A stretch of DNA of 51,367 nt, taken from Chloroflexota bacterium (GTDB lineage: Bacteria > Chloroflexota > Anaerolineae > Anaerolineales > Villigracilaceae). The notes under the pieces are model-generated. The model ran no database searches. It saw nothing but the letters and a program-made list of their open reading frames with translations, and had not been told where the DNA came from. The stretch lies in the NCBI GenBank assembly GCA_016865985.1, contig VGNO01000001.1, forward strand, positions 1-51,367. Direction: 5' to 3'. Made by a program: the position numbers and the translations under genes. Positions 1-8,517 of the stretch are shown piece by piece (within the stretch, counting starts at the first letter, position 1; the number at the start of each line of letters is the position of its first letter).

Positions 1-357
1 TACTTCGTCCTGATGCATGCCGCCAGCCGCGAGGCCACCTTCTGGCCGCTGATCGCCGCCCGGACGACAGGGGTGGCCGTCATGCTGGCTTACGTGCTCG
101 CCGCCCGACAACCCGCCGCGCCCCCCTCGCGCATCTGGCCGCTGGCCATGCTGGGCGGCATCCTGGATGTTGCGGCCAACGCCATGTATGTGCTTGCCGG
201 CCAGTCCGGGCGGCTGGATATGGCCGCCGTACTCGGCTCGCTCTACCCCGGCACGACCGTTCTGCTTGCCTGGCTGTTGTTGAAGGAAAAACTGACCCGC
301 CCGCAAATGGCGGGGGTACTGTCCGCCCTGGTCGCCATCATCCTGATCGCGGCCTGA
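1..357 (+). CDS. EamA/DMT-family transporter, C-terminal part (gene begins upstream of the window)
   Basis: Reading frame is open from nt 1 (YFVL precedes the listed ORF 13..357). Product is strongly hydrophobic helices with an EamA-like C-terminal pattern (LLLKEKLTRPQMAG). Confidence 0.7.
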   Translation, partial: YFVLMHAASREATFWPLIAARTTGVAVMLAYVLAARQPAAPPSRIWPLAMLGGILDVAANAMYVLAGQSGRLDMAAVLGSLYPGTTVLLAWLLLKEKLTRPQMAGVLSALVAIILIAA

Positions 358-390
358 ATCTTTCCATCCGGAAGACTATCGAAGGCATCC

Positions 391-1167
391 ATGGGAAAAC
401 TTACAGGCAAAGTCGCCCTCATCACCGGCGGGACATCGGGAATTGGCAAGGCTACCGCCCTCCTGTTCGCGGACGAAGGCGCGGGGCTGGTCATCACGGG
501 GCGGCGCGTGGGGTTGGGAACGCTCGTCGCAGCGGAGGCCCGCCAAAAAGGAGTCCGGTGCGAATTCGTCGAGGCCGATCAGGCGCGGGCGGAAGATTGT
601 CAGAAGGTGGTGGAGATCGCCTTGCGCGAATTCGGTCGCATTGACATCCTGTTCAACAACGCCGGCATCGTTACCAAAGGGACGGCGGAGACGACGGATG
701 AATCCGTTTGGCGCGAGACGATGGAGATCAATGTGACGGCGGTGTGGCGGATGAGCAAACTGGTGATCCCTCACATGAAGCGACAGGGACGCGGTGTGAT
801 CGTCAACAACGGCTCCGATTGGTCGCTGGTGGCGGGGCGGGATGCCTTCCCCTACATCGCCAGCAAGGGGGCGGTCGGGATGATGACGAAGGCCATGGCG
901 CTCGATTTTGCCAGGGACAACATCCGGGTCAACGCTGTTTGCCCCGGCGACACGTTCGTGGACAGGTGGCTTGAAAAGGGGTATTTCGAATACTCCGATC
1001 CAGCGACCCTGGAAGACGCCAAGCGCGAGGCCGGCGCCTACATCCCGATGGGACGGTTCGCCCAGCCGGAGGAGATCGCCCGCGCCGTGCTGTTCCTGGC
1101 CTGCGACGACTCGTCCTTCGTGACCGGCCACCTGTTGCTGGTGGACGGGGGCAATACGGCACAATAA
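391..1167 (+). CDS. SDR-family oxidoreductase (short-chain dehydrogenase/reductase)
   Basis: TGGTSGIG Rossmann motif, NNAG, catalytic YxxxK (YIASK), and typical 258-aa length. Confidence 0.9.
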   Translation: MGKLTGKVALITGGTSGIGKATALLFADEGAGLVITGRRVGLGTLVAAEARQKGVRCEFVEADQARAEDCQKVVEIALREFGRIDILFNNAGIVTKGTAETTDESVWRETMEINVTAVWRMSKLVIPHMKRQGRGVIVNNGSDWSLVAGRDAFPYIASKGAVGMMTKAMALDFARDNIRVNAVCPGDTFVDRWLEKGYFEYSDPATLEDAKREAGAYIPMGRFAQPEEIARAVLFLACDDSSFVTGHLLLVDGGNTAQ

Positions 1168-1189
1168 ACAAATCCCGCTCTACCGGTTT

Positions 1190-1314
1190 AACGGGGAGAT
1201 CCTTTCAAACACAAAGGGCACAACGGTCACGAAGGAAAAATCCGCGCGCGATCAAGGTTCTTTTCCCCCTTTGTGTACTTTGTGCCCGTCGTGTTAGGTG
1301 ATGGTCTCCCCGTT
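1190..1314. repeat. Imperfect long inverted repeat containing CAC(G/A)AA unit arrays
   Basis: AACGGGGAGA (1190-1199) is the exact reverse complement of TCTCCCCGTT (1305-1314). Inside, CACAAAGGGCACAACGGTCACGAAGG faces CCTTTGTGTACTTTGTGCCCGTCGTG. Confidence 0.4.
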
Positions 1315-1516
1315 GGGAGCAGTTGCGAAAACCGGCCACGAATTTCACGAATGGGCGCGAAATTTTCCCTTACCTTTCGAGAAAATTTGTGTCATTCGTG
1401 GCAAGAAATTGCGATCTGCTCTCGATAGGGAGATTACCTGTCAGGTCCTTTCCCGTCAAATACGGGAGAACTAAAACCTCTCTGCACTTTTCGGTCTCTG
1501 CGGTTAAAATTACCCC

Positions 1517-2917
1517 ATGCCCAATAATCCTTACGCTGATTTCATCTCCCGCTACCCCACCTATGACCGCACCCATAACCTGGACGACCTGCGCCGGCGC
1601 GAATACAGCCGCCTCGACGAACTCAGCCACATTTATCTCGACTATACCGGCGGCGGCCTGTACGCCGATTCGCAATTGCGACAGCACCACGCCCTGTTGA
1701 CTGGAGGCATCTTCGGCAACCCGCATTCGCTCAACCCGACCTCCCTGGCCGCCACTGAACTTGTGGAGGGCGCCCGCCAGTACGTGCTCAAGTTTTTCAA
1801 CGCCTCGCCGGACGAATACGTCTGCATCTTCACCCAGAACGCCAGCGGGGCCCTCAAACTGGTCGGCGAGGCCTATCCCTTCGGCAAGGGCTGCCACTAC
1901 CTGCTGACCTTCGACAACCACAACTCGGTCAACGGCATCCGCGAGTTTGCCCGCGTCAAGGGCGCCGATGTAACCTACATCCCGCTGATGCTGCCCGACC
2001 TGCGGGTGGATGATGCCATGCTGGACGAGTACCTCGACCAGGGGACCGGCGGCTGCGCGGACCTGTTCGCATACCCGGCCCAGTCCAATTTCTCCTCCGT
2101 ACAGCACCCGCTGGACTGGATCGAAAAGGCGCACGCCAGGGGCTGGGACGTGCTGCTGGACGCGGCCGCCTTCGCCCCCTCCAACCGCCTCGACCTCGGG
2201 CGGGTCCGGCCGGACTTCGTGCCGCTCTCCTTCTACAAGATGTTCGGCTACCCGACCGGCGTCGGGGCGCTGCTGGCGCGCAAGGCGGCGCTCGGAAAAC
2301 TGCACCGCCCCTGGTTCGCCGGCGGGACGATCACGGTCGCCTCGGTGCAGGGCGACAAGTACTACCTGGCCGACGGCCCGGCTGCCTTCGAAGACGGCAC
2401 AGTGGACTATCTCAACATCCCGGCGGTGGAGATCGGCCTGCGCCACCTCGAAGCGGTCGGCATCGAGACCATCCACGAACGGGTGCGCTGTCTCACCGGC
2501 TGGCTGCTGGACAAACTATCGGCCCTGCGGCACAGCACGGGCGTGCCGTTGGTGCGCGTCTACGGGCCGCTGGTGGCCGAGATGCGCGGCGGGGCGGCGA
2601 CGGTCAACTTCTTCGATAAGGACGGGAAGCCGGTCGACATCCGCGCCATCGAAAAGGCCGCCAACGGACACAACATCTCCCTGAGGACGGGCTGCTTCTG
2701 CAACCCCGGAGCGGGCGAGATCGCCTTGCAAATATCGAAAATGGAACTGGCGGCCTGCTTCTCGCAGCCGATGAAAGCCCAGCGCCTGACCTACGACGAC
2801 TTCCGCCTGTGCATCGACGACAAAGCCTCCGGCGCAGTGCGCATCTCGGTCGGGATGGTGAGCAATTTCGACGATGTGCAGGCGCTGCTGAAGTTCGCGG
2901 AGGGGTTGTTGGGGTAG
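1517..2917 (+). CDS. Class-V aminotransferase-fold PLP enzyme (molybdenum-cofactor-sulfurase-like / cysteine-desulfurase-like)
   Basis: N-terminus (LDYTGGGLY..., FGNPHS) and SFYKMFGYPTGVGALL lysine region resemble the PLP domain of Moco sulfurase-type proteins. 466 aa. Confidence 0.75.
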   Translation: MPNNPYADFISRYPTYDRTHNLDDLRRREYSRLDELSHIYLDYTGGGLYADSQLRQHHALLTGGIFGNPHSLNPTSLAATELVEGARQYVLKFFNASPDEYVCIFTQNASGALKLVGEAYPFGKGCHYLLTFDNHNSVNGIREFARVKGADVTYIPLMLPDLRVDDAMLDEYLDQGTGGCADLFAYPAQSNFSSVQHPLDWIEKAHARGWDVLLDAAAFAPSNRLDLGRVRPDFVPLSFYKMFGYPTGVGALLARKAALGKLHRPWFAGGTITVASVQGDKYYLADGPAAFEDGTVDYLNIPAVEIGLRHLEAVGIETIHERVRCLTGWLLDKLSALRHSTGVPLVRVYGPLVAEMRGGAATVNFFDKDGKPVDIRAIEKAANGHNISLRTGCFCNPGAGEIALQISKMELAACFSQPMKAQRLTYDDFRLCIDDKASGAVRISVGMVSNFDDVQALLKFAEGLLG

Positions 2918-2928
2918 AACCCCTCTAT

Positions 2929-2975
2929 CCTCGTTCCGCTGCTCGCGGCGGAACGCATACCCGGCGCCCTGCGCC
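2929..2975 (+). repeat. REP-like palindromic element, copy 1
   Basis: CCTCGTTCCGCTGCTCGCGGCGGAACGCATACCCGGCGCCCTGCGC. The 8-bp stem CGTTCCGC/GCGGAACG lies at 2932-2955. Nearly identical to 3631-3677 and sits just after a stop codon. Confidence 0.6.
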
Positions 2976-3028
2976 GCCCTGGGCGCTCGAAGAATCCGCC
3001 GATCACCCAAAATGCACAAGAAGAGAAA

Positions 3029-3562
3029 ATGGCCCGCTCCCGCTATAAATTCCTCCCCGGCGACACCTTGCCCTACTTCATTACTGCCACAACCGTGAAC
3101 TGGCTGCCGCTTTTCGGCAACCCGGACATCGCCAGGATTATTTTTGAATCCCTTGCATTCCTGCAAAAGGAGAGGCGCATTATTATCCACGCTTACGTGC
3201 TGATGGAAAACCACCTGCACCTGGTTGCAGCCTCGGAAAACCTATCGAAGGAAGTCGCAAATTTCAAGTCCTTTACCGCACGGCGAAGCATCGACTTTTA
3301 CAGAGAACGCGGCAACCAATTCATCCTCGAACAACTTGCCTTGCATAAACTGGCTCACCGCTCCGACCGCGATTACCAATTCTGGCAGGAAGGGGTCCAC
3401 CCGGAACAGATACACTCTCAAGAAATGTATGAACAGAAGATCCGGTACATCCACTACAATCCTGTACGACGCGGTTATGTAGATGAGCCGGAACACTGGC
3501 GGTATTCGAGCGCGCGTAATTATGCAAATCTGGAAGCCGTGTTGGATCTCGACCTGGATTAG
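3029..3562 (+). CDS. REP-associated tyrosine transposase (RAYT; IS200/IS605-like Y1 transposase family)
   Basis: HxH motif in VLMENHLHLV, catalytic Tyr region IRYIHYNPVRRGYV, 177 aa, G+C lower than the flanks, and REP-like hairpins on both sides. Confidence 0.8.
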   Translation: MARSRYKFLPGDTLPYFITATTVNWLPLFGNPDIARIIFESLAFLQKERRIIIHAYVLMENHLHLVAASENLSKEVANFKSFTARRSIDFYRERGNQFILEQLALHKLAHRSDRDYQFWQEGVHPEQIHSQEMYEQKIRYIHYNPVRRGYVDEPEHWRYSSARNYANLEAVLDLDLD

Positions 3563-3570
3563 CCGGAAAT

Positions 3571-3677
3571 CGGCGCGGAGCGTCTGAAGCAGTGACAACG
3601 CAGAGCATTGTCACCAGAAAAGGATGTCTCCCTCGTTCCGCTGCTCTGCGGCGGAACGCATACCCGGCGCTCTGCGC
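3571..3677 (+). repeat. REP-like element, copy 2 (two sub-units)
   Basis: 3631-3677 differs from copy 1 by one indel and one substitution, with the hairpin at 3634-3658. The upstream unit (...CTGAAGC...GAGCATTGTCACCAGAAAA) recurs at 35631-35668. Confidence 0.6.
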
Positions 3678-3703
3678 TGGACTTGACGAAGTGAGTTGGA
3701 ACC

Positions 3704-3898
3704 ATGAACGGCACTATTCGCTCCCACATCAAACCCGGGCTGCGCGTCCGCATCGTGCTGAAACAGGACCAGGCCAGCGGAAGATTGACCGAGGGGATCG
3801 TCCAGCGCATCCTGACCAACTCCCCAACCCACCGGCACGGCATCAAGGTTCAGTTGGTGACCGGGCAGGTCGGGCGGGTGAAGGAAATCGTGGCATAA
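3704..3898 (+). CDS. YwbE-family small protein (DUF2196-like)
   Basis: 64 aa. The pattern GLRVRIVLKQDQASGRLTEGIVQRILT...HGIKVQL..GQVGRV matches the YwbE family as I recall it. Confidence 0.7.
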   Translation: MNGTIRSHIKPGLRVRIVLKQDQASGRLTEGIVQRILTNSPTHRHGIKVQLVTGQVGRVKEIVA

Positions 3899-3942
3899 TT
3901 CGATCTGCATCCTTGACTGTTGGCTTTTAACCAGGAGGCAGT

Positions 3943-5958
3943 ATGTTCAATCGCAGTCCGTCCATTTTGTTGCTCTTCCTATTCATCCTTCCGGCGTGCG
4001 GCAGCCCGGCGCCCCCCACTGGGGAATCCGGCTCCGCTCCCGGCGCCCCGCCGGACAGCCCTGCCGGAACGCAATCCTCCCCGCCCGGCTCCGCAACCAC
4101 AACCATCCCTTCCAGTTCCCCAACCGGGACGGCCACTTCGACCCCTGAACCATCCCCTGTTCCCCTGTTGCGCACCATCCGGACGGACGGGCGGGCCGTC
4201 AACGGGCTGGCCTGGTCGCCGGATGGCAGCCTGCTGGCCGGCGCGCTGGCCGATGGCACGATCCTTGTCTGGGAAGCCTCCAGCGGGGAACAAGGGCTGT
4301 CCATTGATGCAAGTTATTCATTGAGCAGTGTGGCCTGGTCGCCGGACGGCAGGTACCTGGCCGCCGGTTACCTGGACGGGAACGGCAGCCTCTACGATGC
4401 CGCCAGCGGCGAACGCATCCACATGCTCTTCTCCCAGGATACCGGTTACGCCAGCGCCGCAGCCTGGTCGCCGAACGGCGGCAGCCTGGCGCTCGGCGGT
4501 TACGGGGTTGCGCTCTTCAACCCAGCCAACGGCGGCGCCGTCCGGACCCTGGAGCGGTATGAATCCACCTTATACGGGACGAGCGATTGGGCCACCCAAA
4601 CCTACGGCCTGGCCTTCTCCCCCGGCGGAAGCCTGCTGGCAGTAACCAGCCGGGACAACAAGGTCAGGATGATCGACATCTGGAACCCGTCCAGCGGCGC
4701 CTTCCTGGACGATGTGAGAAGCCTGAAGAACGGCTCCTGCGAAACCGTGGATGACCTGGCCTGGTCGCCGGATGGCGGGACACTGGCTGCCAGCCTCGGC
4801 AGCGGTACTATTTCCCTCCTGTCCACTTCCACCTGGACGGTGACGGTCAAGATCGATGCCACCAAGGATTGCATCAATGGCCTGGCCTGGTCGCCGGACA
4901 GCGCCATCCTGGCCGGCGCAGTCTATTTCGACGGGGTCCATTTCTGGAACGCCTATAGCGGCGATGAACTGCTCGAAATGGAAACCAATCTCGGGATCAT
5001 CAACGCCCTCGAATGGTCGCCGGACGGGGACCTGCTGGCCGCCAGCTGGGAGGACGGCGTCGTGACGCTCTGGGATGTAACCAATGTTGCGCAGTTACTG
5101 GTCGTCCCCACGCCCACCGCCACAACCGCGCGCACGCCAACGCCCCCGCCGCCGGTCGCAGCCGGGAGTGTAATGTGGTCCACGCTCGACCAACGCCCGC
5201 TGGTCTACGTCCCAGGCGGGACCTTCCTGATGGGCGCCGCCGCCACCGACCCGGATGCCGACCCGGATGAACATCCCCGGCACGAGGTCCTGCTGGACGC
5301 CTTCTGGATCGACCAGTACGAAGTGACCCATGAGGCCTATACCCTGTGCGTCGAGGCCGGCGCTTGCAATCCGCCGGCTGAAGCGGACGATAACGGGTTC
5401 CTGTATGAGTACGCGGCCGAGATCAGGGATGGCCCGGTGGTCAACGTCACCTGGAGCGACGCTCAGGCATACTGCGCCTGGGCCGGCCGCCGCCTGCCGT
5501 CCGAAGCCGAATGGGAAAAGGCCGCCCGCGGCGGCGATGGGCGCATCTATCCCTGGGGCGATGACCCGGACGCCTTCCACAAGGCCTGGTACTGCGAAGG
5601 CTGCATCTACGATCCCGACCACCCGGATGTGCTGGACGATTTCTCCCGCCCGGCAGCGGTGGGCAGTTTCCCGGATGGCGCCAGTCCCTACGGCGCGCTG
5701 GATATGGCCGGGAATGTCTGGGAATGGGTGGCGGACTGGTACAGTAAAACGACCTACAGCCAGCCGGCGCTGGTCAACCCGCCCGGCCCTGCCAACGGCT
5801 CCTACCGGGTGATGCGCGGCGGCGGTTGGACCTCGCCCGCCATCGACCTGCGCCTCACCTACCGCCAGGCCTACGTCCCGTTCAGCGCCTGGATCGATGT
5901 GGGTTTCCGCTGCGCCATGGACGACGACCGGACGCTGCTGACAGGGATGAAACCATGA
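3943..5958 (+). CDS. Lipoprotein with WD40 beta-propeller repeats fused to an FGE-sulfatase (SUMF1/EgtB/PvdO) domain
   Basis: AGGAGG RBS and lipobox LPAC. Repeated (L)AWSPDG..LA units. C-terminal FGE-type motifs: HEVLLDAFWIDQYEVT, RLPSEAEWEKAARG, GNVWEWVADW, RGGGW, GFRC. Confidence 0.85.
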   Translation: MFNRSPSILLLFLFILPACGSPAPPTGESGSAPGAPPDSPAGTQSSPPGSATTTIPSSSPTGTATSTPEPSPVPLLRTIRTDGRAVNGLAWSPDGSLLAGALADGTILVWEASSGEQGLSIDASYSLSSVAWSPDGRYLAAGYLDGNGSLYDAASGERIHMLFSQDTGYASAAAWSPNGGSLALGGYGVALFNPANGGAVRTLERYESTLYGTSDWATQTYGLAFSPGGSLLAVTSRDNKVRMIDIWNPSSGAFLDDVRSLKNGSCETVDDLAWSPDGGTLAASLGSGTISLLSTSTWTVTVKIDATKDCINGLAWSPDSAILAGAVYFDGVHFWNAYSGDELLEMETNLGIINALEWSPDGDLLAASWEDGVVTLWDVTNVAQLLVVPTPTATTARTPTPPPPVAAGSVMWSTLDQRPLVYVPGGTFLMGAAATDPDADPDEHPRHEVLLDAFWIDQYEVTHEAYTLCVEAGACNPPAEADDNGFLYEYAAEIRDGPVVNVTWSDAQAYCAWAGRRLPSEAEWEKAARGGDGRIYPWGDDPDAFHKAWYCEGCIYDPDHPDVLDDFSRPAAVGSFPDGASPYGALDMAGNVWEWVADWYSKTTYSQPALVNPPGPANGSYRVMRGGGWTSPAIDLRLTYRQAYVPFSAWIDVGFRCAMDDDRTLLTGMKP

Positions 5959-6527
5959 AAAGAGACCCCATCTCCGCCTGGCTCGACCGGAATGCCAGGG
6001 GCTGGCTGATCCTGCTCCTGCTGGGGCTGGCGCTCCTTTTCAACCTCGTCATCCTGCCCGCCGGCATGACCTGGCTGGGCGGGGCGGAACTGGAGGCCGG
6101 CCCGATCGACCTGACCTTCGCCGCCGCGCCGCCGGTCATCTTCGAAATGGTGGCATCCTACGGAGACGCAGGGCGCGCCGCCTACCGCCTCTCGTCCCTG
6201 ACCGTGGATGTGGTCTATCCCATCGTCTACTCGACCTGCCTGGCCCTGGCCATCACCTACTTCTTCCGCCGCGCATTACCATCCCAAAGCAGGTGGCAGG
6301 CCTTCAACCGGCTGCCCTTTGCCGTGCTGGCCTTCGATATCCTCGAAAACCTGGGCATCGCCGGGTTGCTCACCACCTACCCGCAGCAACTGACCTGGCT
6401 GGCCGGGTTGACCGTGGCGATGAACGTCATCAAGTGGCTGCTGGCAGGGGCAAGCGTGGCGCTGGCGCTGTCCGGTATCCTCTTGCTGGCATTTCGATTG
6501 CCATCCCGAAAGGGAAAAGTCTCATGA
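5955..6527 (+). CDS. Polytopic membrane protein, unknown function
   Basis: ATG at 5955 overlaps the upstream stop (ATGA). Several hydrophobic helices. The listed ORF start at 5826 would overlap the upstream gene and was not used. Confidence 0.65.
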   Translation: MKRDPISAWLDRNARGWLILLLLGLALLFNLVILPAGMTWLGGAELEAGPIDLTFAAAPPVIFEMVASYGDAGRAAYRLSSLTVDVVYPIVYSTCLALAITYFFRRALPSQSRWQAFNRLPFAVLAFDILENLGIAGLLTTYPQQLTWLAGLTVAMNVIKWLLAGASVALALSGILLLAFRLPSRKGKVS

Positions 6528-7669
6528 AAAACACCCTGCTCCGCAACAGCCTGGTCGCGGCTCTTTCATCCCTTTTCTTGCTTGCGGCCTGCCTTCCCGT
6601 CCCGCCATCGACCCCGTCCCCCTTCGCAACACCAGCGCCATCATCGACCCCGGCGCCCCTGCCCGGCCTCCCGCTCGTCCATTCCACGCCCCGCTTCCAG
6701 GTCTTCATCATCAGCCCGCTGACCGCCTGCCTGGTGGGCAACGAGTTCGCCAGCGGCAACGTCTGCGCCGGGACGGAATGCGGCGACTGCGACTGCGCCT
6801 GGGAGGACCACGACCCGCCTGCGCCGCAGGTCGGCATCCCGCCCGACCGGTTGGATGACCCACAATACAATGCCTACGCTCACAAAATCTGTGTTGACGT
6901 CACCCTCACCGATGAGGAAATCCAGGACATCATCGCCGACATGGAACTGGTGAAAGAACAGGCCTATGAATGGACCGGCGGCGCCCTCGACTTGCAAATG
7001 GAATACACCGTCCTGGCGCACACCTTCACCGGGTTCACCGCGCCGGATTTCGTCATCGGTCCCTTCGAAATCGACGACGACCTGCTCGATGCCTATGTCG
7101 CCACCGATACGGACTTCGTCTACGTGGTCAGCGGGGTCTACGACCGGGCGCAGGGACTGCAACTGGCCTACTGGTGCGGCGGTTCCTACGGCGAAATGGG
7201 CATCCGCGGCGCGGGCTATTCCTATGTCCAGTACAACCACGATGTCTGCGCCTCGGTCACCATCGCCGGGGAGACGGTCTACGAGCCGCTCATCCACGAA
7301 TGGATCCATAATCTAGACTGGGCGCTGTATTACATCAACGGCGTCCCGGACCTCTACCAGGATACCGGCCCCGACTGGGTCAACTGGAACCACGCTTCCT
7401 GGCCGGCCTGCGGGACGGGTTCGTCCAATCCCCTCGATTGGTTCCCGAGCATCGACTTCTGCGAGTGGGACCCCGACTGGCTGGACTGCAACAGCGCCAC
7501 CGCCACCATCGACTGCCACTCCGGCGAAACGGGCGGCGAAATATCCTGGTACGAGCACGTGCTGTCCGCCCATTACCCGCGCCATGTCCAGTTCAATGGC
7601 AATACATGCCGTGACGGGAAACAGGACTTCACCGAGACCGGCGTGGACAGCGGCTGGCCGTGTCCCTAA
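6524..7669 (+). CDS. Cys-rich secreted lipoprotein with HExxH motif (possible zinc metalloprotease)
   Basis: ATG at 6524 overlaps the upstream stop (ATGA). Signal and lipobox LLAAC, Pro/Ser/Thr linker, about 16 Cys, and the HEWIH (HExxH) motif. Confidence 0.7.
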   Translation: MKNTLLRNSLVAALSSLFLLAACLPVPPSTPSPFATPAPSSTPAPLPGLPLVHSTPRFQVFIISPLTACLVGNEFASGNVCAGTECGDCDCAWEDHDPPAPQVGIPPDRLDDPQYNAYAHKICVDVTLTDEEIQDIIADMELVKEQAYEWTGGALDLQMEYTVLAHTFTGFTAPDFVIGPFEIDDDLLDAYVATDTDFVYVVSGVYDRAQGLQLAYWCGGSYGEMGIRGAGYSYVQYNHDVCASVTIAGETVYEPLIHEWIHNLDWALYYINGVPDLYQDTGPDWVNWNHASWPACGTGSSNPLDWFPSIDFCEWDPDWLDCNSATATIDCHSGETGGEISWYEHVLSAHYPRHVQFNGNTCRDGKQDFTETGVDSGWPCP

Positions 7670-7747
7670 TGCGGCTCATCGAGGATCAACCTTAAAGGTC
7701 GCCCGCTGTCACAGGGATGTCCAGACCTGCGTGATATAATCCCGCCC

Positions 7748-8485
7748 ATGAACGAAACAACCCCGCCCATCACCAAGAACAACTCACCCCTGATCTACTT
7801 CATCCTGCTCATGATCGCCATGCCCATCTTCTTCGGGCTGGGGATGGGGACAGGCTATTTCATCTGGGGGAAGGATGTGGATACCCCAGCCGCGGCGCAG
7901 GCCGGCCCGACCGCGCTTGCCGTCACGCCCACCGTGGCCGTCCCGCAGCAGGCCACCCGTTACGATGTGCCGGTGGATGACGACCCGTCCATCGGGCCGG
8001 AGGACGCCCCGATCACCATCATCGAATTCAGCGATTACCAGTGCCCCTACTGCCAGAAATGGCATGTCGAAACATTCGAGCAGTTGATGGCAAACTACCC
8101 GGGGCAGATCCGCCTGGTGTATCGCGACTTCCCGCTCAACGGCCACCCGGAGGCCATCCCGGCCGCGGTGGCCGCCAACTGCGCCGGCGAGCAGGGACAA
8201 TACTGGGAATACCACAACGCCCTCTTCACATACGAATACGAATTGGGCAGCGAAGGTTACAACCAGTACGCCGCCGACCTGGGGCTGGATACTGAAGCCT
8301 TCCGCCTGTGCATCGAGGAGAACCGCTATTACGACGAGGTGATGGCCGACCTGCAATACGCCACCCAGATCGGTGTGCGCGCTACGCCCACATTCTTCAT
8401 CAACGGCATCCCGGTCGAGGGCGCTTATCCGTTCGCATATTTCCAGCAGATCATCGACCTGGAACTGGCCGGGGATCTCGATTGA
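7748..8485 (+). CDS. DsbA-family thiol:disulfide oxidoreductase (membrane-anchored thioredoxin fold)
   Basis: N-terminal TM helix, CPYC active site within FSDYQCPYCQKWH, and C-terminal (V)RATPTFFING motif. Confidence 0.85.
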   Translation: MNETTPPITKNNSPLIYFILLMIAMPIFFGLGMGTGYFIWGKDVDTPAAAQAGPTALAVTPTVAVPQQATRYDVPVDDDPSIGPEDAPITIIEFSDYQCPYCQKWHVETFEQLMANYPGQIRLVYRDFPLNGHPEAIPAAVAANCAGEQGQYWEYHNALFTYEYELGSEGYNQYAADLGLDTEAFRLCIEENRYYDEVMADLQYATQIGVRATPTFFINGIPVEGAYPFAYFQQIIDLELAGDLD

Positions 8486-8517
8486 TCGGCGCGGCTCCGG
8501 CCGCGCAGGAGGAGATC

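Noticed and set aside
376-2476. Minus-strand ORFs 376..1164 (262 aa) and 1370..2476 (368 aa)
   Set aside because: They are antisense to the SDR and PLP-enzyme genes, which have clear catalytic motifs. Their translations are low-complexity.
5826-8517. Long N-terminal extensions of listed ORFs (5826, 6293 and 8308 starts)
   Set aside because: Each extension overlaps the preceding gene in another frame and is Arg/Pro-rich. Internal ATGs at 5955, 6524 and 8518 give proper signal peptides, a P-loop N-terminus and an RBS or ATGA coupling.
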